A stretch of DNA of 64,000 nt from Nannocystales bacterium (GTDB lineage: Bacteria; Myxococcota_A; Polyangia; Nannocystales; Nannocystaceae), in assembly GCA_050633305.1 (NCBI GenBank), contig JBOEGF010000024.1, positions 192,001 to 256,000 on the forward strand. The letters run 5' to 3'. The translations under genes were made by a program, and so were the position numbers. Of the stretch, positions 58,058 through 64,000 are shown one piece after another. Below the pieces are notes generated by a model. The model was not told the DNA's origin. It made no database searches and saw nothing but the letters and a program-made list of their open reading frames with translations. How positions within the stretch are numbered: the stretch's first letter is position 1; each line of letters opens with the position of its first letter.

Positions 58058-60135
58058 TTGCTGGGCGACTGACCAGCATCGCCCAGCATGGCATCGATAC
58101 GTGCGAGCGCCTTGGCGGCGCCGCGAGCACCGAGCTTTTTTGCGGCGGAGTAGGCCTCGCGGGCGTCGTCGTAGCGGTGCACTTTGTACAGGGCGTCCCC
58201 CAGTTCCATGTGCCCGGCGGCAACGCGAGGTGCGTGGCGGGTGGCCTTTCGCGCGTAGTTGACCGCGCGCTGATACTCGCCGCGGTCGAAGGCCAACGCG
58301 CCGAGCTCTCGGAGTGCGCGCGCGTTCTTGCGATCGAAGTTGAGTGCGCGGTGAAACGCTTGTTCCGCGGCTCGGCGATTGCCCGCAGCCAGAGCTGTCA
58401 GTCCTCGCGTGACCTCGGCTTGCGCCCGGGCGCGAGAGTCCTTGGGCTTGGGATTCGGCGCCTCCGGGTCGGCTTCGGTCTCGGTCTCGGTCTCGGTCGA
58501 ACTCGGCGGGTCCGTCTCCGTGGCCCGAGTCGGACGCGGTGCGGGTTGCGGGGCCGCGGTGGCAGGGAACATTCGGTCGAGTCGGGCTTCGGTGCTGGCC
58601 GAGGGGCGGCGGGTCGCCGCACGAACTCGGGAGACATCGGCAGAGCGAGATTGTGGGTCCTCGTCGGCCAGCGCGGCCAAAACGTCGCCCCCGACGAGTT
58701 CCGCCGGCGTGAAGGTCCCTGCCTCGGCACGCGTTCGCAGCGTCGCCAGCTCGCCCGGGGTCAGCGGAGAGTGAGCCCGTGCGGGGGCGTGCCGAGGGTC
58801 GAAGAGCAGCGCCGACGCGTAGTAGTCGGCTGCGAAGGCTTCCCCACCATCGAGTGACGCGTACGCATCTCCCAGCGCGGTCAGGGTGACCGCGAGCTCG
58901 CCGCGCAGCTGTTGTGCACGTTGGGCCGCTTGCCGAGCCCCGTGGCCTTCGACGCCTTCGAGCGCCAGCACAGCGAGGAGCGCAGTGGTGCTGGAGGGGT
59001 CGGACGATGGGGGATAGACGAAGTGTCCATCGGACGCTGCAGTGCGAGCTTGGGCCTCCAGCGCGTTGACCTGTGCGACCACCTCAGGAGGCGAGCGGGG
59101 CTCGAAGGCCGTCGTCGCGGCTGCACCTGCGAGCGCGGAGCCGAGCACGACAGCAACGAGCGCGGTCCGCTGACGTCGGCGCGAGCGCTTGTCCTTGTCG
59201 AGCGCCCACAGCAATGCATCCATGGACTCGAACCGTTGAGCTGCGTTGGGTCGCAGTCCCCGGTGGAGCGCGCGCACGAGCCAGCCCGGGAGGCTGCTGT
59301 TCGGGGGCTGAGGCGGCGTGCCCTCTCGGATGCTCGCGAGCAACGCTCGGGGCTCGCGACTGGGAAAGGGGCGCTTTCCGTAGAAGCACTGCCACGCACT
59401 CACGCAATAACTCCACTGGTCCGACCGAGCGTCAGCGTGTCCGGTGAACTGCTCGGGAGACATGAAGGCCGGCGTCCCCATCACGGTGCCGGCTTCGGTG
59501 AGCGAGCCCGGTCCGGGCTCGAGCGGTGGCTCGGACCGGGAGGGTTCGGTGAGCACAGCCTCAGCCGGTGCTTCACTGGCAGTACGCGACAGACCGAAGT
59601 CCAATACCTTCGCCTTGCCCGAGGGGGTGACCAGGACATTGGAGGGCTTGAAGTCCCGGTGCACCAAGCCCACGGCGTGGGCGGCGGCGAGTCCCCGACC
59701 GGCCTGACACAGAACGTCACGGATCGAGCGCCAGTCCGGGCGGGTCTGTGCCGCCCACTCATTCAAGGGCAGGCCGTCGATGCACTCCATCGCGATGAAA
59801 ACGCCGCCCGCGTGGGTCCCCGTGTCGTGAACGGCGACGACGTTGGGGTGCGCCAGGCGAGCCATCGACTGCGCCTCCCGCTCCATTCGAGGGACCGTAT
59901 CGGGCAGCGGAGACCGTTCGGGATGCAGCAGCTTGAGCGCGACGCGGCGATCGAGTTTCGGATCGTAGGCACCGTAGACGATCCCCAGTCCGCCGGCGCC
60001 GAGCTGGTCGACGATGAGGTAGCGTCCGACCCGGACCGGTTGCGGCGACGCACCGAACAACGAGTCCCGAAGTCGGTTGCGCATGATGTGTTCGCCAGGG
60101 TCGTCATCCCCGGTGCGGCCTACGCTCACGTCCAA
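58054..60135 (-). CDS. Ser/Thr protein kinase with TM and C-terminal TPRs
   Basis: GAGGLG, VALK, HRDFKPSN, DFG, GTPAFMSPEQ; TPR helices at the C-terminus. Confidence 0.93.
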   Translation of the reverse strand: MDVSVGRTGDDDPGEHIMRNRLRDSLFGASPQPVRVGRYLIVDQLGAGGLGIVYGAYDPKLDRRVALKLLHPERSPLPDTVPRMEREAQSMARLAHPNVVAVHDTGTHAGGVFIAMECIDGLPLNEWAAQTRPDWRSIRDVLCQAGRGLAAAHAVGLVHRDFKPSNVLVTPSGKAKVLDFGLSRTASEAPAEAVLTEPSRSEPPLEPGPGSLTEAGTVMGTPAFMSPEQFTGHADARSDQWSYCVSAWQCFYGKRPFPSREPRALLASIREGTPPQPPNSSLPGWLVRALHRGLRPNAAQRFESMDALLWALDKDKRSRRRQRTALVAVVLGSALAGAAATTAFEPRSPPEVVAQVNALEAQARTAASDGHFVYPPSSDPSSTTALLAVLALEGVEGHGARQAAQRAQQLRGELAVTLTALGDAYASLDGGEAFAADYYASALLFDPRHAPARAHSPLTPGELATLRTRAEAGTFTPAELVGGDVLAALADEDPQSRSADVSRVRAATRRPSASTEARLDRMFPATAAPQPAPRPTRATETDPPSSTETETETEADPEAPNPKPKDSRARAQAEVTRGLTALAAGNRRAAEQAFHRALNFDRKNARALRELGALAFDRGEYQRAVNYARKATRHAPRVAAGHMELGDALYKVHRYDDAREAYSAAKKLGARGAAKALARIDAMLGDAGQSPSN

Positions 60136-60164
60136 CGCTCCTGCTCGATGATAACATTGACCCG

Positions 60165-60779
60165 ATGCGTGCCGACGAGGAACTCCTGGAGGCTTGGCGA
60201 GGCGGTGATGCCGATGCCGGGCGGGAGTTGTTCGAGCGGCACATCGATTCTTTGAGTCGCTTCTTCCGCAGCAAGGTCGGAGACGCTCGCGAGGACCTGA
60301 TTCAGGCGACGTTCTTGTCGTGTGTCGAGGCGCGAGACAAGGTGCGCGACGGGACCAAGTTCCGGGCCTACTTGTTCAGGATCGGCCGCAACAAGCTCTA
60401 CGACTACTTGTTGTCGGCCAAGCGTGGGGTCGAGCGGCCCGACCCGCTGACGCATTCGGTGTTGGACCTCGGCGTATCGCCGAGCAGTATCGTGGCTGCC
60501 GGGCAACGCGAGCAACAGCTCGTCACTGCGCTGCAAACCATCCCGTTGGAGTTCCAGATGCTGCTCGAGCTCCACTACTGGGAGGGGATGTCGACCGCTG
60601 ACCTCGCCGAGGTCTTGGGGATCCCGCGTGGCACCGTGAAGACCCGACTGTTCCGGGCCCGCGCGTTGGTCCGCGACGCGATCGCGAAAGTGCAGCGTCG
60701 CCCGGTGTGCGAGCTCAAGGACGCCGACCTCGCAGGGTGGTTGGCATCGGTCCGGGCAGGCCGGGAAACGCCGGCGTAG
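60165..60779 (+). CDS. ECF sigma-70 family RNA polymerase sigma factor
   Basis: Region 2 EDLIQATFL...FRAYLFRIGRN; region 4 GIPRGTVKTRLFRAR. Confidence 0.92.
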   Translation: MRADEELLEAWRGGDADAGRELFERHIDSLSRFFRSKVGDAREDLIQATFLSCVEARDKVRDGTKFRAYLFRIGRNKLYDYLLSAKRGVERPDPLTHSVLDLGVSPSSIVAAGQREQQLVTALQTIPLEFQMLLELHYWEGMSTADLAEVLGIPRGTVKTRLFRARALVRDAIAKVQRRPVCELKDADLAGWLASVRAGRETPA

Positions 60780-60826
60780 GGGCGGTGGACGCCCCTTGCT
60801 GCGCTCGAGGGAGGGCCCCGATCTGT

Positions 60827-62101
60827 TCACCCCCCGAGGAGACCGGAGAGCTGTTCGGCTTGCGGCACGCCAAGATCAAACTCATCGGCCGCGTCGGTGT
60901 CCTGCACTCCGGCGAACGCTCGCAGCGCCTCGTGGATGTGCTCCGGCCGCATCCGGATCCCCGCCGGGTCCAACGCGAGGGTTTGCGGGTCGACGGTCAG
61001 GGGCCACTGTTCGTGACCGGTCTCGGGATCGACGGTCGTCGCACCCACGACCCGGTTGCCGGAGATCCCCGTACCCATGAGCATCATCGAGCCGACGGAC
61101 CAGTGGTCCTTGCCGTCGTTCTCGTTGTACCAAGGCGTTCGCCCCATCTCCGACTGCATGACGACCACCAGGCGGTCCCGAATCCCAAGCGCCTCGGCGC
61201 GAACCATCAGGTAGTCGATGCCTCGCAGGAGGTTGGGGATCAGGTTCATTTGGTCGGGGTCGTTGTTCGCGTGCGAGTCGAACTGGCCCAAGCCGATGGT
61301 TGCAGCACAGCACGCACCGGACACGAAGCCCGTGAGCGCGACCTCGATGTTGCGACGGAAGTTGTCCGCCGGCGTATCACTGGGGACGTGCTCGAGGACC
61401 CACTCGAGGTTTCGGCTGCTGGCCTGCGCGTCGAGCACTCCGCGCTCGGCCAAGTCCCGGGTCGGTAGCCCTGACGGCTCAGACTCGAGCGCCGCGTCGA
61501 TCTGCGCGATCGTCTCCTGCGGCATGTAGCGTTCATTGCCGGAGTCGCTGGTGTAGTCGGCGTTGGCGAGCGTGAGGAGTGACGGAAAGTCGGTGAGGGT
61601 GTTCTTTGCAGTGAGTCCACCGGTCGTGCCGAACGCGTTCAGTGCCATGAACGACAGCGGCGCCTGCGGTGCAAGTTGGGATGCGACGAGGGCCCCAAAC
61701 GCCGGAAAACGGTCGCTGTCCAGCTTGCCCGACCCCATGTATCGAGTGCAGGGCTCGTGGTTGTTCACGGAGACATCGATGCCGTTGATCACGAGCAACT
61801 CGCTGCCGTAGCGCGAGAAGAACGTCTCGTTGGTGAGACCTTCGCCGTTGAGCAGGCCTTCGGTCGGGGCGAAGGAGTGGGCGCCGACTTGCTGGATGTC
61901 GGATTCGGAGTACAACCGGTTGAGCTCCGGGGTGCCCTTGGGGTCCATCAAGGCGGTCGTGTCCCAACCCCCCGTCGCGTTGATGATGCAGAAGCACAAC
62001 CCTTCATGAGGGGCGGCGACTGCCGAGCGAGAACCGAAGGTGGTGACGAGGCCGACTCCAGTGAGGGCCGTCGTGCCACGGAGGAAAGAACGTCGGTTCA
62101 T
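60827..62101 (-). CDS. DUF1501 family protein with Tat signal
   Basis: MNRRSFL, GGWDT, FDSH, SEMGRTP and GKDHW motifs. Confidence 0.85.
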   Translation of the reverse strand: MNRRSFLRGTTALTGVGLVTTFGSRSAVAAPHEGLCFCIINATGGWDTTALMDPKGTPELNRLYSESDIQQVGAHSFAPTEGLLNGEGLTNETFFSRYGSELLVINGIDVSVNNHEPCTRYMGSGKLDSDRFPAFGALVASQLAPQAPLSFMALNAFGTTGGLTAKNTLTDFPSLLTLANADYTSDSGNERYMPQETIAQIDAALESEPSGLPTRDLAERGVLDAQASSRNLEWVLEHVPSDTPADNFRRNIEVALTGFVSGACCAATIGLGQFDSHANNDPDQMNLIPNLLRGIDYLMVRAEALGIRDRLVVVMQSEMGRTPWYNENDGKDHWSVGSMMLMGTGISGNRVVGATTVDPETGHEQWPLTVDPQTLALDPAGIRMRPEHIHEALRAFAGVQDTDAADEFDLGVPQAEQLSGLLGG

Positions 62102-64000
62102 TGGGTCAGGAACTCCGGGTGGCGCAAGAGGTAGGTCATGACGGCTTGCCAGCTTCGGACCACGAAGTCCGGGTCGGCGTTGTTTCCCTCCACCCTGCAG
62201 GCGTAGGGGAGTTCGGCCTCGCTGGGATCCGCCTCGATGGTGGCCAGGCCCGCCGCACGGACCGCCTCGAACAACGCGAGGGACTTGCCGACCTCTGCAC
62301 TGTCGGCGGCATCGTCTCGCCCGAGCAACAGCCAGTGCAGGTGGACGATGTTGTCGGTGATCGCCGTCGTGTCGGTGGTCTGTGCGTCGACGTACGGGAA
62401 GAGGTCGAGCGGGGTCTCCTGAGTTCCCAAGAGAATCTGCGGGACATGCTCGCAGCCGACCTGGTTGGCCCACTTCCGCATTTTTGCACCCATCACCGCG
62501 TTGGGAACGTCGAGTCGCTCGACGACGCTGCGATAGTCGAGGCCGCCATACAAGATGTCGGACCCGCGAGACAACACGTTCTCGCCGTGGATGTCGTAGC
62601 CGAGCAGGAGCTCGTACTTGCGGTCGAGCTGCTCGGGCGTGAGGAGGGCGTGCGCGCCGGTGAACTCGAGTTCGGCCTCGCGGGACTCGCTGAGCACTTC
62701 ACTGGTGGCCTCGGCCCGGTATGCTTCCGAGAGCGCGAGCGATCGAATCGCCTGCTTGAAGTCACCGCCTGAGCCCTGCATGGCCTCGGCGGCGGCCTCG
62801 ATGACACGTCGCTGTTCCTCGTATGCACGGATGCGCGCCGGGTACAGAGGGTGCTCGGTATCCAGGGGAGGGGTGGCGACCGGGGTCTGGGTCAGCACGT
62901 ACCAAGCGTGCTCCGCCATCGCGACCGGGAACCGGGGGTCGTCGGCGACGCGTTCGCCCAGCCATTGAAGCGCGCGCCAACGCTCGCCCGTTGGGATCGT
63001 CTCGCCCTCGAAGCCGGGCGCAACCATGTCGGTGTGCCAGTCGACTTCCGGGATGTGCACTTGCCCCGTGTCTCCGTAGGCAGCGAAGAGACCGGCGACA
63101 GGGTCGAGCGTGTCGTGACAGGCGACGCATTCCGGCGCCTCCATCGTGGGGTTGTCGTACTGCGCGGTGACGGCGGCTGCATCGGCCACCGAGGGCGCCA
63201 AGGCCATGATGTCGACGCCGAGGAAGTGCTTGTAGAACATCCGCGCGCGGCGGCGGTTTCGATTGGAGTCCGAACTCTCGTAGACGTAGGTGTAGTGGAA
63301 CGTCGAGAGCACGCCCGCATGCGGGTACTGTCCCGTCGGCGAGGTCTGCTGGAGCCCCCCACTGGTGCGGAGCGCCGGCAGTCTCGCCTCGACGAACTCC
63401 TGTGGATCCTCGGGGTCGTCGAAGCTCGCTTGTACGGACGCGAGCATGTCGAACCCGCCGTGCAGGTCGTATCCCCGGGCACTGTAGGGCGAGACCATCA
63501 TGTAGTCTGCGGTGACCACTTCGTGGAACGGACGGTCCTCGCGGAGGACGTGCGCGATGAGTTCGACCGGCTCGTACCGCATGCCCCGCGAGTAGGGCGC
63601 GTTGAACTCCTCGGTGTCTTCCTGATACCAGCCGCGGCTGGGGAACAGGTCGTAGGCGAGCACGTACTCAGGCTCGCTGCTCAATGAGTAGTTCTCGGTC
63701 AGGAGGACGTCTCCAAATGCTTCTTTGACGCGGCTGTAGAATGCTTCCTCGTTCACGAGTGTTTCGAGGACTTCGTCGACGCCGGTGAGGCCTTCGTCTT
63801 GGACGAGCTGGAGCTCGCCTTCGGAGGGGAGCCGGCTGGCAAGGGCGAGGGTCAGCTTGCGAAGCAGTGGAACGGGTTCGGTAGAGATCACCCCTTCGTA
63901 GAAAGGACCGGTGGGCTCCGGGGGGTCGACGTCGTCACAGTCATCGCCATCGACGTGCGTGATGAAGTCGAGGATGACGCTGTGGGGGTACGAGCCCTCG
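62098..64000 (-). CDS. DUF1588/DUF1592-like protein with CxxCH motif (5'-partial)
   Basis: Frame stays open beyond the window end; LRKLTLALASRLP, HAGVLST, NRRRAR, CVACH...DP; ATGA-coupled to the DUF1501 gene. Confidence 0.75.
   Translation of the reverse strand, partial: EGSYPHSVILDFITHVDGDDCDDVDPPEPTGPFYEGVISTEPVPLLRKLTLALASRLPSEGELQLVQDEGLTGVDEVLETLVNEEAFYSRVKEAFGDVLLTENYSLSSEPEYVLAYDLFPSRGWYQEDTEEFNAPYSRGMRYEPVELIAHVLREDRPFHEVVTADYMMVSPYSARGYDLHGGFDMLASVQASFDDPEDPQEFVEARLPALRTSGGLQQTSPTGQYPHAGVLSTFHYTYVYESSDSNRNRRRARMFYKHFLGVDIMALAPSVADAAAVTAQYDNPTMEAPECVACHDTLDPVAGLFAAYGDTGQVHIPEVDWHTDMVAPGFEGETIPTGERWRALQWLGERVADDPRFPVAMAEHAWYVLTQTPVATPPLDTEHPLYPARIRAYEEQRRVIEAAAEAMQGSGGDFKQAIRSLALSEAYRAEATSEVLSESREAELEFTGAHALLTPEQLDRKYELLLGYDIHGENVLSRGSDILYGGLDYRSVVERLDVPNAVMGAKMRKWANQVGCEHVPQILLGTQETPLDLFPYVDAQTTDTTAITDNIVHLHWLLLGRDDAADSAEVGKSLALFEAVRAAGLATIEADPSEAELPYACRVEGNNADPDFVVRSWQAVMTYLLRHPEFLTQ

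Overview
High-GC chromosomal window. Gene content (many Cys-lipobox lipoproteins with Ser/Thr/Gly-rich linkers, a MYXO-CTERM-like protein, Ser/Thr kinases with TPR/PEGA partners, an ECF sigma factor, a DUF1501 pair) suggests a myxobacterium, probably Nannocystaceae-like; this is inference. About 50 CDSs are supported. Recognisable genes are proS, greB, endonuclease V, a DUF3516 DEAD/DEAH helicase, a TetR-MFP-RND efflux operon, an amidase, an M20 amidohydrolase, a trypsin-like protease and a fatty-acid hydroxylase. A roughly 4.2 kb mobile-element graveyard (10969-15189) holds an IS30 left end, a tyrosine-recombinase C-terminus, a receiver-domain remnant, a Tn3 transposase 3' end with its IR, possible IS91-like debris and an intact 159-bp MITE flanked by CTAG. 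The best candidate for an undescribed system is a glycosylation/signalling locus (44393-57017) with two GT-C-like membrane glycosyltransferases, a eukaryote-type UDP-galactopyranose-mutase-like flavoenzyme, a GT2, a polysaccharide deacetylase and an HRN/GFG pseudokinase; it may glycosylate the Ser/Thr-rich lipoproteins. Other leads are a Zn-ribbon/AYG-motif protein facing a serine protease, a tandem pair of tiny basic secreted proteins and a GNRA-rich intergenic element. No rRNA, tRNA or CRISPR array was recognised. Start codons are best guesses and no database searches were run.
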